Notes: generated by a model from the sequence alone, not told the origin. Shown: positions 48,883 to 58,806, counted from the first letter of the stretch. The stretch is DNA of 64,000 nt from an uncultured Thermoplasmatales archaeon (GCA_964467345.1 CAYXPY010000004.1:17358-81357), one strand, 5' to 3'. Made by a program: numbers and translations.

Positions 48883-49104
48883 TTTCCTATTTTTTCTCCT
48901 GTTGAACACGTTGAAAAACCCTATTTCAGAAATCGGCTTTTGACCCCTTAAACCCGTTTTAGCAGGATTATTCATCATTCGAATTAAACAACTATTAATC
49001 ATCTTTGGAAACCGTATCACTGCTTTCTCTTAATCCAAATTATAATGATATTCTTTTTATAGGAGAACATTGTTATAAAATGTTAATTAAGGGGCAGGAA
49101 ATAG

Positions 49105-49590
49105 ATGAAAAACACTCGTATACTACGAAAAGATCTGATTGTTGGTCTTCTTTGCCTTTTCATTTGTATGACTACTATTCCACTTATAATAGCACAATCA
49201 AATGATGATGTTACCATATGTATCACCGCTGGTTTTCTCTTTAATATGAATTATGATGAACCAAATAACAGAAGTATCGGAAGAGGAATAACCATATATG
49301 TTGTTAATAACTTAAGTGAACGAATCTGGATTTTCTATCAAGTTGATTACTCAACGCTGTCTGGTGAAACTCTTGAAACTTTAGGATTTGCTGGAGAATA
49401 TGGTTATGCACTACCACCAGACAATGATACTTTAATTGCTTTCTCAAATTTTGTTCAAATCCCCTGTCAGCTAACAGTATCGGTGCAAATCGGCTCTTAT
49501 AACACAGGTGCCATTAAGACAGTTTCAAGATCCGGGTATCAATTTCATCGATGGGTGTTTTTTCCAAAGGTGACGGAGCAGGTGAGATAA
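49105..49590 (+). CDS. hypothetical secreted protein (signal peptide), translationally coupled to the downstream beta-helix gene
   Basis: It is 161 aa with a hydrophobic N-terminus 'LIVGLLCLFICMTTIPLIIAQS'. Its stop lies 1 nt before the next ATG. Confidence 0.4.
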   Translation: MKNTRILRKDLIVGLLCLFICMTTIPLIIAQSNDDVTICITAGFLFNMNYDEPNNRSIGRGITIYVVNNLSERIWIFYQVDYSTLSGETLETLGFAGEYGYALPPDNDTLIAFSNFVQIPCQLTVSVQIGSYNTGAIKTVSRSGYQFHRWVFFPKVTEQVR

Positions 49591-49591
49591 A

Positions 49592-50971
49592 ATGAGATAT
49601 AACAGAGTAGAAAAAACATTGTTGATTGTATTGCTTCTTCTATTCAGTGGGGTTAGTGTGAGTCCTGCGCAGTCAACACAGATGAAAAACAGTGCACAAA
49701 ACCGGGAAGGTTTTCTGCTCTATGTTGGTGGTTCTGGCCCGGGTAATTATAGCAAGATTCAGGATGCGATTGATAATGCATCAGATGGTGACACCGTTTT
49801 TGTGTATGATGACTCATCACCCTATCATGAGAATATCGTAATTAGAAAATCAATTTACCTAATGGGGGAAGAAAGGCAAACAACAATAATTGATGGAAAA
49901 AAAAGTTGTAAGGTAATGACAGTGTTTGCTAACAATGTGACCATCACGGGATTTACGCTTCGTAATAGCGGAGTGTTGGTCATCGATTGTGCCATTGAAT
50001 GTCGTTCAAGTCATAACAAAATCTCAGGCAATATTATATCGAATAATTCCCAAGGTATCTGCTTCTACACCATCGGTTCATATGTTGCCAACAACAATAA
50101 CATCACTGGAAATATGATAACATCCAATAAGGGACCAGGCGTCTACCTATATCAATCTCAAAATAACATTATCTCTGGGAATACCTTTTCTTCGAATGAA
50201 GGTTTAATCCTTGATCAATCGTATGATAACACTATCTCAAATAATGAGTTTAGCAATGATGGCATCGTGTTAAACAGCTATCCGAACAATATTCTTCCAG
50301 ACAATTACGTCAACGGAAAACCCCTCATTTATATGGTGAGTGAATCAAATAAGATACTCGATACCGCAGGACAAATCATTCTCATTGATTGTTATAACAT
50401 TACCATTCGACAGCAAGACCTCTCAAACACCACCACGGGTCTGACTCTTCTTAGGACAAACAATTGTCATATCGAACGAAACAAGATGACGAATAACTGT
50501 AACTTTGGAATTAATCTTTTTGAATCAAATGAGAATAATATCTCATTGAATCGTATTGCAGATAATGATGCAGGGCTACAGGTTACCTCCTCAGAGAAAA
50601 ATACCATTATATGGAACATTATTCGTTTGAATCCATACTGGGGTATTGAACTTCGCGGGTCAAATAATAATGTCATCTCGACAAATATCATAGAAAAGAA
50701 CGGTGGGAGAAAGTTAGTAGAATATGGGTTGGGACTCTTCCTTGCGTCTTCATCGAATAACAGTATTATTCACAACAATTTCCTCAAAAATGCACGGGAT
50801 GCCTATTTCTATGAAGCATATTCAACTGAGTGGAATAGTAACTATTGGAGTAGACCAAGAATATTTCCAAAAATAATTCCTGGTGAAATAAAGGGAACTC
50901 TTTTTGATAGGCGCATTAACATCGATTGGCGTCCTTCTAAAACACCCTATGAGTTACCCGAGATGATTTGA
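49592..50971 (+). CDS. secreted right-handed parallel beta-helix (PbH1/NosD-like) repeat protein, paralog 1
   Basis: It has a signal peptide and the conserved 'LYVGGSGPGNYSKIQDAIDNASDGDTVFVYDDSSPYHENIVI' block. Many 'N-x-I-S-x-N' turns follow, and the C-terminus is 'NYWSRPRIFPK..DWRPSKTPYELP'. Confidence 0.65.
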   Translation: MRYNRVEKTLLIVLLLLFSGVSVSPAQSTQMKNSAQNREGFLLYVGGSGPGNYSKIQDAIDNASDGDTVFVYDDSSPYHENIVIRKSIYLMGEERQTTIIDGKKSCKVMTVFANNVTITGFTLRNSGVLVIDCAIECRSSHNKISGNIISNNSQGICFYTIGSYVANNNNITGNMITSNKGPGVYLYQSQNNIISGNTFSSNEGLILDQSYDNTISNNEFSNDGIVLNSYPNNILPDNYVNGKPLIYMVSESNKILDTAGQIILIDCYNITIRQQDLSNTTTGLTLLRTNNCHIERNKMTNNCNFGINLFESNENNISLNRIADNDAGLQVTSSEKNTIIWNIIRLNPYWGIELRGSNNNVISTNIIEKNGGRKLVEYGLGLFLASSSNNSIIHNNFLKNARDAYFYEAYSTEWNSNYWSRPRIFPKIIPGEIKGTLFDRRINIDWRPSKTPYELPEMI

Positions 50972-51213
50972 AACAAGAATAAAATCAGAACACACACGGA
51001 TTTTATTTATTACAATATTCCTAAATAATTTCAATATAAACTAATGTACTCAAAATAACTATTATCCCCAGAGATATATTTCGTTCCCCGACATATCAAA
51101 TAAAATACTATCTATATTCAAGGATTAACACAAAAGTTGAGGTAAATTTATCTATAAGAAAAATCATGTTATTTCGTAACAGGATTTTGGCGGTTTTTAC
51201 CTTTCTAAATACA

Positions 51214-51410
51214 ACCTTTCGTTGCAGTCCCTCCGTCGGCTCCATTTCCTATTTTTTCTCCTGTTAAACACCGTTAAAACCACGATATCAGAAATCGGCT
51301 TTTGACCCCTTTAATCATAAAATCGTGATTTACTATTTACACGAAAAATTTTGTTATAAATCGTGTTACAGCTTTCCTTCATGTGGAGGGGAACGAATTT
51401 GAACTCGTGT
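51214..51410 (+). repeat. att-like repeat copy A1 (hairpin 'aacctttcgtt' + tRNA-Thr 3'-end core 51229-51244 + ~165-nt conserved leader ending in T-arm-like motif at 51395)
   Basis: It aligns by eye to the copies at 48864, 52854, 54693, 55365 and 57416. The conserved block is 'tttcctattttttctcctgtt..cagaaatcggcttttgacccctttaatc..acgaaaaattttgtta'. Confidence 0.7.
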
Positions 51411-51477
51411 TTACCGGTTAAATTCTAAATAGGAGATAATAATTACTCATGTAAGAGCCTACAATTTCAGATGGTTT

Positions 51478-52629
51478 TCAGGTTATCCCTGGGAAGTCAT
51501 AGGGTTCTTGTGCAGGATGCCAATCAAATTGTATGAAGTCAGGAAAAACTTGATAAAAATTCTCTATTCCAAAGATTAGTTTCGGTAGAATCCGTGGTCT
51601 GCCCCAATAGTTCTGATCCCAAATGGTCTGTGAACTGTCTTCGTTGTTGAATCGTGCATGAACTTTATTGTTCATGAATGTATTCATAGAGATTTTTGAA
51701 AAATAGGAATCCTCAATGATGATGCCGCATCGATAATTGCTAATGATATTTTTTTCAATGCGAGTATCACGATTTCCGTCTGTGAGATGTATCCCTATCA
51801 CTTTCTGAATATTTTCAAAACTTGTCCCTGGAGGATTATCAATGACATTTGATATAATAGAATTATTTAATGTAAAACCTTCCATATAGATAGCCCTTGA
51901 ATTGTTAAAAAAATAATTATTCGATATGGTATTGTAACTTGATTGTATAATTCTCAATCCATCACGTTGAGAATTAATTGTATTGTTCGATATTCTGCTA
52001 TATGAAGCATGGTATAGAATAATACTTGAACCACTGCGTTCAACAGATTTTATTTGATTATCAGAAAAAGTACAATAGGACGTCCAATCCAGATTAATAT
52101 TCGAAGAATAATATGTATCAAAAGTATTTTGAGTAATGGTACAGAAATCACATTCATAAAATTCAATTAAAATGCTGATAGTTCCCTTGAATATATTATC
52201 AGAAACTGTCACATTTTGTATCGGTAGATAGTTGTTTGAGATAAGTGTACTGTAATTCCTTTCTGAAAATATTGTGAACCCTGAAATAGTTATATTATTG
52301 CTTTGGATGGAGATTTGGGTCTCATATTCTGAAGTCAAACCTTCTATAATCGTAGTGTTTTTTGATTCTCCAATGAGTCGGATGGCTGTTGGAATAACAA
52401 TTGCTTCAGTGTACAATCCGCTGTAGACAAATACAGTATCCTCATCATGAGAATCATTTATTGCATCCTGAATCCTTGTATAGTTACTTGGACCTGAACC
52501 ACCGACATAGAGCCAATTGCCTTTTGATGTTGGTAACGTTGGTTTTTCAATATCCTGTGCAATCACCGGAATGATACAGGTTGTAATGAAAAGAAGACTG
52601 ATTTCGACCGCCAAATATTTCCTTTTCAA
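51478..52629 (-). CDS. secreted parallel beta-helix repeat protein, paralog 2
   Basis: 'WLYVGGSGPSNYTRIQDAINDSHDEDTVFVYSGLY' is present, with a C-terminal 'NYWGRPRILPK..DWHPAQEPYDFP'. Confidence 0.65.
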   Translation of the reverse strand: MKRKYLAVEISLLFITTCIIPVIAQDIEKPTLPTSKGNWLYVGGSGPSNYTRIQDAINDSHDEDTVFVYSGLYTEAIVIPTAIRLIGESKNTTIIEGLTSEYETQISIQSNNITISGFTIFSERNYSTLISNNYLPIQNVTVSDNIFKGTISILIEFYECDFCTITQNTFDTYYSSNINLDWTSYCTFSDNQIKSVERSGSSIILYHASYSRISNNTINSQRDGLRIIQSSYNTISNNYFFNNSRAIYMEGFTLNNSIISNVIDNPPGTSFENIQKVIGIHLTDGNRDTRIEKNIISNYRCGIIIEDSYFSKISMNTFMNNKVHARFNNEDSSQTIWDQNYWGRPRILPKLIFGIENFYQVFPDFIQFDWHPAQEPYDFPGIT

Positions 52630-52699
52630 TTGATTCCTTCCTTATAGAATAACAATGAATCCCTCGTTATTTAAACCTTTGTGATAGGAAAAAAGGGCA

Positions 52700-53055
52700 G
52701 GGGAAAGGATCTGAACCCTTGGATTTCTTCGCATAAAAAACCATTATCCTAATATATTAAAACCGTATCAAAGTTTGATCGATAGAATATAAATATAACT
52801 TTTTCTGTATTTATAGCACGATTTTAGCTGGTTTTTTTACGGTAGTAAATATAACCTTTCGTTGCATTCCCTCCGTCGGCTCCTTTAATCATTTTTTCTC
52901 TTGTTAAACACAGTGAAAACGACGAAATCAGAAATCGGCTTTTGACCCTTTTAATCATAAAATCAATATCGATTATCTACACAAAAAATTTTGTTAGAAA
53001 CCGTATCACTGCATTCTTTCATGAACAGGGAAGGGATTTGAACCCTTGGGCACCT
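52700..53055 (+). repeat. complete composite element B2-A2-B3 (T-arm-like motif 52707-52718, ~160-nt conserved arm, core 52869-52883, ~165-nt leader, T-arm-like motif 53032-53044)
   Basis: Its left arm is about 85% identical to 58890-59066 and similar to 54545-54707. Its right arm is similar to the leaders after the other cores. Confidence 0.7.
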
Positions 53056-53338
53056 TAAGCAAGGATGTCATCGATTCGAACAAAAACTCAGGTTCTACAA
53101 CAAAGACGATAAATCATTCATTACCACTGAATCTTCGGATAATCTTCCTTGATATTTTTAGCAATCAAATCAAGATACACAACAGTAGTTGCTAAATCAT
53201 CGTGCCAGAGAATCATCTGTTGATTCCTGATTTTCAAAAGGCGGTAAAATCCTTATGATATATTTGTTTGGTCGAGAAACGAGGATACAATAGATGCCGT
53301 CCCAAACTTTAGTGTGGATGTGTATTTGGAGAGTGACA

Positions 53339-53977
53339 TTACTGATAAATGTGAGGACCACATGAAAAGCACGTGGTTATAGCTTCTGTTGTTGGGAAAA
53401 TAATAATATATATAATTTTGAGGATAGCGATTAAAATGTGAGCAAGGATGCAACCTGGAGACCATAGATTAATAGTTGACGTACATACATCGATTACTGA
53501 AGGTGGGCAAGATCTTGTTACATGGGTATTATCCTGTGTCTTACTATATTGTAGTGTTTTATAACAGTCGGGATTATTTTTTATTAGGGTTAATCCTTGT
53601 TTTATCTGCGATATTGTTTGTTTATTCGCTCCTTGTTGAGAAAATTTATTGAAAATCAGGTTAGCAAATGTCATTAGCTCATTATCTTGTAGTTGAACAA
53701 TATAGTCAACCATTAATTTACCTTGGTAAGTATCTGTTGAATATCGAGGAATTTGTAGAGATGTTATCCCCTGCCCTAGATAATTAACCGTTATGATACG
53801 TTCATTCTCTGGATTGATTTCCTTCTGTGTTCTGATATCAAACAATGGAGAGGGATTAATAGAACTGATTTTTTTTGATTGTACACTAATTACATTTATA
53901 AACGAGGTAAAAATCAGAATTGCAACAACTCCAATACTAACTACGATAATTCTCTTTTTTTTATTCATATATTCCAT
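53339..53977 (-). CDS. small secreted Cys-rich protein with hydrophobic C-terminal segment (family A)
   Basis: It is 212 aa with a signal peptide. 'SPLFDIRTQ' and 'WSPGCILAHILIAIL' match the paralog at 55643..56158. Confidence 0.35.
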   Translation of the reverse strand: MEYMNKKKRIIVVSIGVVAILIFTSFINVISVQSKKISSINPSPLFDIRTQKEINPENERIITVNYLGQGITSLQIPRYSTDTYQGKLMVDYIVQLQDNELMTFANLIFNKFSQQGANKQTISQIKQGLTLIKNNPDCYKTLQYSKTQDNTHVTRSCPPSVIDVCTSTINLWSPGCILAHILIAILKIIYIIIFPTTEAITTCFSCGPHIYQ

Positions 53978-54062
53978 TCCTCCATTCTAACAAAGAACCT
54001 CCACCAACTTATTTTCATGTTCTATTTTAAGGTCAGATAGTATTGTAGATAAATCAACATGT

Positions 54063-54482
54063 TTACCGATGAAGACGATCACGAGCTATCCGTGTGATAC
54101 TCATCGACTCCACAAAACCAGACTGTAACAAGGATTGTTTAATCTCATTCGCTGAACATGGACTTTTCGATAGATCAGCGATGATATTCCACCGGGCAGT
54201 CTTCCCACGTTGAGAACTTTTTGACTCGGTCATCACTAAATCGATTTTCATATCAGCTATTTTTTGTGCAATCTGAGCAAGACAACCCAGGGTATCACCG
54301 AATTCGATTTCCATTTTAACAATATCCTGTGGTTTACCGTAAATCGGGCTAATCGTTATGGTGTCTGTCTTCTGATCTAAACTCAGTAAGACCTCATCTC
54401 CTTCTTTCAGGTTGAGAGGTTCTCGGAATTCATTGGGGATTACTAATCGTCCCCGTGTGTCCAGTCGTACAATTGAGTTCAT
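54063..54482 (-). CDS. AbrB/MazE(SpoVT)-type DNA-binding domain fused to an ACT-like domain (putative regulator)
   Basis: 'MNSIVRLDTRGRLVIPNEFREPLNLKEGDEV' is a swapped-hairpin AbrB motif. The C-terminal ~70 aa are ACT-like ('IEFGDTLGCLAQIAQKIADMKIDL'). Confidence 0.5.
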   Translation of the reverse strand: MNSIVRLDTRGRLVIPNEFREPLNLKEGDEVLLSLDQKTDTITISPIYGKPQDIVKMEIEFGDTLGCLAQIAQKIADMKIDLVMTESKSSQRGKTARWNIIADLSKSPCSANEIKQSLLQSGFVESMSITRIARDRLHR

Positions 54483-54544
54483 TATTCACCTATGTGGGAA
54501 TATTGTGGGACGTAATTGGAGAGGCGGTATATAATTTTTGCTTT

Positions 54545-54880
54545 GAAGGGGAAGGGATTTGAAACCTTGGATTTCTTCGCTTAAAAAAAATCCTTCCACG
54601 ATATCAACGCTTGGCCGCTACGCTTATATAAAAATTATTATTTATAGTTTTTAAACACGATTTTAATTGGTTTTTTTACGTGAGTAAATGCAACCTTTCG
54701 TTGCAATCCCTCCGTCGGCTCCATTTACTATTTTTTCTCCTGTAAAAACATCATTTTTTATGAAAAATAGCAGAGGGCTTTTAACCCCTTTAATTCAACA
54801 ATCAAGATTGATTATCTATACAATAATTATTATTAGAAATCGTGTCACTGCTCCTCCACCCAATCCCTGTTTATTGAGGT
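54545..54880 (+). repeat. composite element B4-A3 (T-arm-like motif 54554-54565, core 54708-54723, leader)
   Basis: 'tttttacgtgagtaaatgcaacctttcgttgcaatccctccgtcggctcca' is identical to the copy at 59030-59077 up to the core. Confidence 0.7.
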
Positions 54881-55018
54881 TATTGTTTATAGAGGAGGAC
54901 AATATTAAAAAGCACTATAACGGGGGAAAGAAAATGAAAAGGAAATGGAATATGATAGTTTATGAATGTTTATCGATTGCAGGTTTCTTTCTTCTCATGC
55001 TTTTCTTGTGGTAGAACT

Positions 55019-55216
55019 TTACTTAGAGCGCCGAGCGAGCCATAAACCCAATATTATAAAAATAATGCCAAGACCACAGAGTAGAAGTGCAATTGGTAAC
55101 CCTCCACCGATAAGATAGCTATAAGGAGCATAATTATTATAGGGGGTCATAGCGATGATACCAAGCACAAGTCCTACCAATCCTATTATTATTGATAAAA
55201 TTGCGCCCTTTTTCAT
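55019..55216 (-). CDS. small membrane protein (two predicted TM helices)
   Basis: It is 65 aa with G/L/I-rich helices. This is a weak call. Confidence 0.3.
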   Translation of the reverse strand: MKKGAILSIIIGLVGLVLGIIAMTPYNNYAPYSYLIGGGLPIALLLCGLGIIFIILGLWLARRSK

Positions 55217-55364
55217 AATAGTAATAGTACCAAGTTTTAACTATTTAATCTATTCGATTTGATAAACTATTTCTGTGTCACTGCTTGTCCTCTCATAGTA
55301 TATAAAACTATCATTTTCTACGTTTTATGCATATTTTTAGCTGATTTTTACGTTAGCAAATGCA

Positions 55365-55560
55365 ACCTTTCGTTGAAATCCCTCCGTCGGCTCCATTTCC
55401 TATTTTTTCTCCTGTTAAACACACTGAAAACCACGATAACAGAAATCGGCTTTTGACCCCTTTAATCCAAAAATCAGGTTTACTATTTAAACGAAAAATT
55501 TTGTTAGAAACAGTATCAATGCTTCCCCCCCCCAACCCAGTTTATTAAGGATATTCTTTT
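55365..55560 (+). repeat. att-like repeat copy A4 (core 55380-55395 + leader; contains a C9 homopolymer at ~55526)
   Basis: The leader is nearly identical to the leader of copy A1 over about 120 nt. Confidence 0.7.
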
Positions 55561-55642
55561 ATAGAGGAACAATGATGTAAAATATGGATAAGGGGGAAAG
55601 TGTACGTATAAGAAACCTCCGATTGGAGTAAGTATCTGTACT

Positions 55643-56158
55643 GTGATTCTTCTTGTTATGGCTTCATTGAGTAATGTAGTTGGGTATCAATCGGTGAAAT
55701 CAACAGTCAATGATTCACCGTTATTTAAAACAAGGACGCAGAGAGCAACCAATCAACAACAGAGCAGTATAACTTCTCAGTATCTTGGAATGGGAAACAG
55801 AGTGGTTTTCAACTTCCCAATCCAAGGGAATAGGAATGAAATGGTCAATACGTTACTTGAGATAATTCATAGATTGGATAAGAAAACCTTGGAACGATTG
55901 ACTGAACTGTGTGTCCAGAAAATGACGAAGGACGGATTGTTTCATCAGATCATTTTTGTCTCAGGAAATACTTCGCAAACCGAGTCTCAGATTTTACCAA
56001 CCTGTTCACCTGTCACAGTCTGTGGTAACTGGGCTCCAGGATGTATTTTAAAGGCTATTCTAACTAGAATCGTTTATTTTCTTATAGAGATTTTTCAAAG
56101 ACCAACAGTGGCATGGCTTTGTTGGCATAGTGGTCAAGTTCCTTGTAACATACTCTAA
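55643..56158 (+). pseudogene. N-terminally truncated paralog of the small secreted Cys-rich protein (family A)
   Basis: It shares 'SPLFKTRTQ' and 'WAPGCILKAILTRI' with 53339..53977. It lacks an ATG and a signal peptide, and the frame opens right after a stop at 55607. Confidence 0.3.
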
Positions 56159-56186
56159 AATTGTGATGTAATAAAAGGAAGGAAAA

Positions 56187-57287
56187 ATGAACACAAACCT
56201 ATTGAAGAAATGGTTGACAATTGGAATCATTCTCTTGGTGGTTGGGACGACTGTCATTCCATCTATCGCACAGGATACAGAGAAACTATCTCAATCAATA
56301 TCAAGAGGTAACTGGCTCTATGTCGGTGGGAGTGGACCAGGGAACTACAGTAAAATTCAGGGTGCGATTGATAATGCGAGTGAGGGAGATACCATATTTG
56401 TTTATGATGATTTATCACCGTATTATGAGAATCTTTTGATAGAAAAATCCATAAAATTACAAGGAGAGAACAGAACAACAACAGTTCTAGTTGGCAGTGC
56501 AATTACAGAAAAAATTATCGTAAACATTTCTGCAGATAATGTCAGTTTTCGTAACTTTACCATTCAACCAATTTTAGGAAATCCTACGGGTATTACTGTC
56601 TATAAAAATTATACAAACCCTGATTGTTGGAAAACGGAAATTATTCAGAATGTATCTATTTCTGATACTATTATTAGAAACACCTCAATGGGAATCTTAG
56701 CTATTCGACTAAACAAAGGGATGATTAATGGGAATATTGTTGAAAATTGTAGTGGTGATGCTGGGATGTTATTCCTTGTTTCATCAGATAATATCATTAC
56801 AAATAATTTTGTTGCTCATTGTTCAGGTATTGGGATTTTAATTGATGGTTTATGGAGCATCTTTAATATCAATAATTATCGTCAACCTTGCCCAAAAAAT
56901 AATTTTCTTTCTCGGAATACGGTCATATCGAATCGATGGGGAATTGAAGTGAATAGCGGCCCGTTTCACACCATAATAAGTGAAAATAACATTTCGCATA
57001 ACCATGAATTAGGTATACAGATTGTCCATGCTTATAAGACTGAAATCACACGAAATAATTTTATGAACAATACTGAAAACGCTTATTTCTATAACATTCG
57101 GTTTCCTCAATTTGTGATATTGAAAAATTCATGGGAGAACAACTATTGGGATGAACCAAAGAAACTTCCTGTAACAATCCATGGGGTATATTATTCCCTT
57201 TTATCATTATTTATTTCATTACCTTCTATAGCATTTGATTGGCACCCTGCACAAGAACCCTATGACATTCTAAGAATAGCAAACTAA
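56187..57287 (+). CDS. secreted parallel beta-helix repeat protein, paralog 3
   Basis: 'NWLYVGGSGPGNYSKIQGAIDNASEGDTIFVYDDLSPYYENLLI' is present, with a C-terminal 'NYWDEPKKLP..FDWHPAQEPYDIL'. Confidence 0.65.
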   Translation: MNTNLLKKWLTIGIILLVVGTTVIPSIAQDTEKLSQSISRGNWLYVGGSGPGNYSKIQGAIDNASEGDTIFVYDDLSPYYENLLIEKSIKLQGENRTTTVLVGSAITEKIIVNISADNVSFRNFTIQPILGNPTGITVYKNYTNPDCWKTEIIQNVSISDTIIRNTSMGILAIRLNKGMINGNIVENCSGDAGMLFLVSSDNIITNNFVAHCSGIGILIDGLWSIFNINNYRQPCPKNNFLSRNTVISNRWGIEVNSGPFHTIISENNISHNHELGIQIVHAYKTEITRNNFMNNTENAYFYNIRFPQFVILKNSWENNYWDEPKKLPVTIHGVYYSLLSLFISLPSIAFDWHPAQEPYDILRIAN

Positions 57288-57415
57288 TCTTCCATATCCT
57301 CTTTTTCATTATTTGTATAAAAACCGAGTCAATGCTTTTTAGTCACACTTATATATAGATTTAAATTTTTGTATTTTAATTACGATTATACTTGTTTTTT
57401 ATGTTCCTAAATATA

Positions 57416-57600
57416 ACCTTTCGTTGTGTGCCCTCCGTCGGCTCCTTTAATCATTTTTTCTCCTGTTGAACTGCCTAAAAATCAGAAAATCATAAGAGGG
57501 CTTTTGACCCCTTTGACCGTAAAATCAAAATCGATCATCTACACAAAAAATTCTGTTAAAAATCGTGTCATTGCTTTCTTTCATATGCAGGAGAAGAGAT
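57416..57600 (+). repeat. att-like repeat copy A5 (core 57431-57445 + leader)
   Basis: Past the core the sequence reads 'ggctcctttaatcattttttctcctgtt...gggcttttgacccctttgacc', the same variant as copy A2. Confidence 0.65.
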
Positions 57601-57726
57601 GTGATTCTATAATTACCAGTTAAAATCTGAGTAAAGATTAATAATTACTCCTGTTAAACCCTTCTTTTTTCATTGATTTTTTTAGATATCATTTGGTAAT
57701 TTTAGACGTTCTTTTTCTTAACTCTT

Positions 57727-58806
57727 TCAGGGTATGTCATAGGGTTCTTGTGCTGGAAACCAATCAAATTGATACCATGGAATAGATCCTTGAAAAAGCG
57801 GAAATGGCCATAAATCTCTCCATTCTATTACTCCAGGGATTTTCCTTGGTGAAATCGATTGGTGGTCATCCCAGTAATTCCTATTCCAATTGTTTCGATA
57901 AATAATTCGGGGGAAATTACAATGAAAATAAGCACTTTTATTATTGTTTATGAAATTGTTAAAATGGATTTCATTTTTTCTACCTTCATAATTCGAAATG
58001 CCGCAGTAGCGACATCCATTAAATTCATTCCATTGGATCACATGTTTGTGTCCTGCGAGGCTGATGGCTGTTGAGCAGTTGAGGAAGGTATTGTAATCTA
58101 TCGTGTTTTCGTTGGTCGTTGAAAAAAGATGAATTCCCGTGCCCCCGTTCTGTATCGTATTATTAGTGATCGTATTGTAAGAGTTGAAGGTTTCAATTCC
58201 GATGATTGTATGGTCTATGATATTGTCTTTTATATGGCTATAACAATCACTTACCCATATCGCTCTCAGTACATCGCTAATCCTATTCTCTTTGATTGTG
58301 ATCCCTGTGTTGATTGGAGAGACTCCGGTTTGAACGACGCAAATTCCGTCTGCTATTATTTCTTCTGCAGTGAGAATATTTCTCTGAATCGTGACGTTAT
58401 TACAGTTGATTATTCTGATTAGGTAACTGATTTCCCCGCAATTTCGAATCGTAAAATTTGAGATGGTTACAGTGTCATGGAGTATTCGGATGGTATCACC
58501 GGTATTGCTTGCATCTATGATTGTATTTTGCGAGTTGTTACCTGCGAGGTGTATTGATGTGTTGATGATAAGATTTTCATAGTATGGTAAACTTTGGTCG
58601 TAGACAAAGATCGTATCACCGTTGCTCGCGTTATCGATCGCATCCTGAATGGTTGAATAGTTATTTGGTCCGCTTCCCCCAACATATAACCATTTATCTT
58701 TTAATAAAGGGTAGAATGTTTTCTCTGTATCTTCTGCAGTAGATGGAATGATGCTAATCCCAACAATCATGAAAACAATTCCAAATGCTAAACTTTTCTT
58801 TTTCAT
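57727..58806 (-). CDS. secreted parallel beta-helix repeat protein, paralog 4
   Basis: It starts at MKKKSLAFGIVF and contains 'KWLYVGGSGPNNYSTIQDAIDNASNGDTIFVYDQSLPYYENLII', with a C-terminal 'QFDWFPAQEPYDIP'. Confidence 0.65.
   Translation of the reverse strand: MKKKSLAFGIVFMIVGISIIPSTAEDTEKTFYPLLKDKWLYVGGSGPNNYSTIQDAIDNASNGDTIFVYDQSLPYYENLIINTSIHLAGNNSQNTIIDASNTGDTIRILHDTVTISNFTIRNCGEISYLIRIINCNNVTIQRNILTAEEIIADGICVVQTGVSPINTGITIKENRISDVLRAIWVSDCYSHIKDNIIDHTIIGIETFNSYNTITNNTIQNGGTGIHLFSTTNENTIDYNTFLNCSTAISLAGHKHVIQWNEFNGCRYCGISNYEGRKNEIHFNNFINNNKSAYFHCNFPRIIYRNNWNRNYWDDHQSISPRKIPGVIEWRDLWPFPLFQGSIPWYQFDWFPAQEPYDIP

Noticed and set aside
53060-53340. Search for an integrase or recombinase remnant in the untranslated gap of cassette E3
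   Set aside because: Only very short ORFs, 31 aa or less, with no recombinase motifs. Nothing in the window shows an R..H..R..Y tyrosine-recombinase or serine-recombinase signature.
54688-55014. 108-aa ORF spanning the conserved A3 leader module
   Set aside because: It runs across a non-coding repeat that is conserved at the nucleotide level in all copies regardless of frame. Only the terminal 26-aa mini-ORF was retained as a low-interest note.
55524-55535. C9 homopolymer in the A4 leader as a phase-variation tract
   Set aside because: The paralogous leader (A3) has 'ctcctccaccc' at the same place, so it looks like simple divergence. Slipped-strand regulation is not established in archaea and cannot be judged from one sequence.
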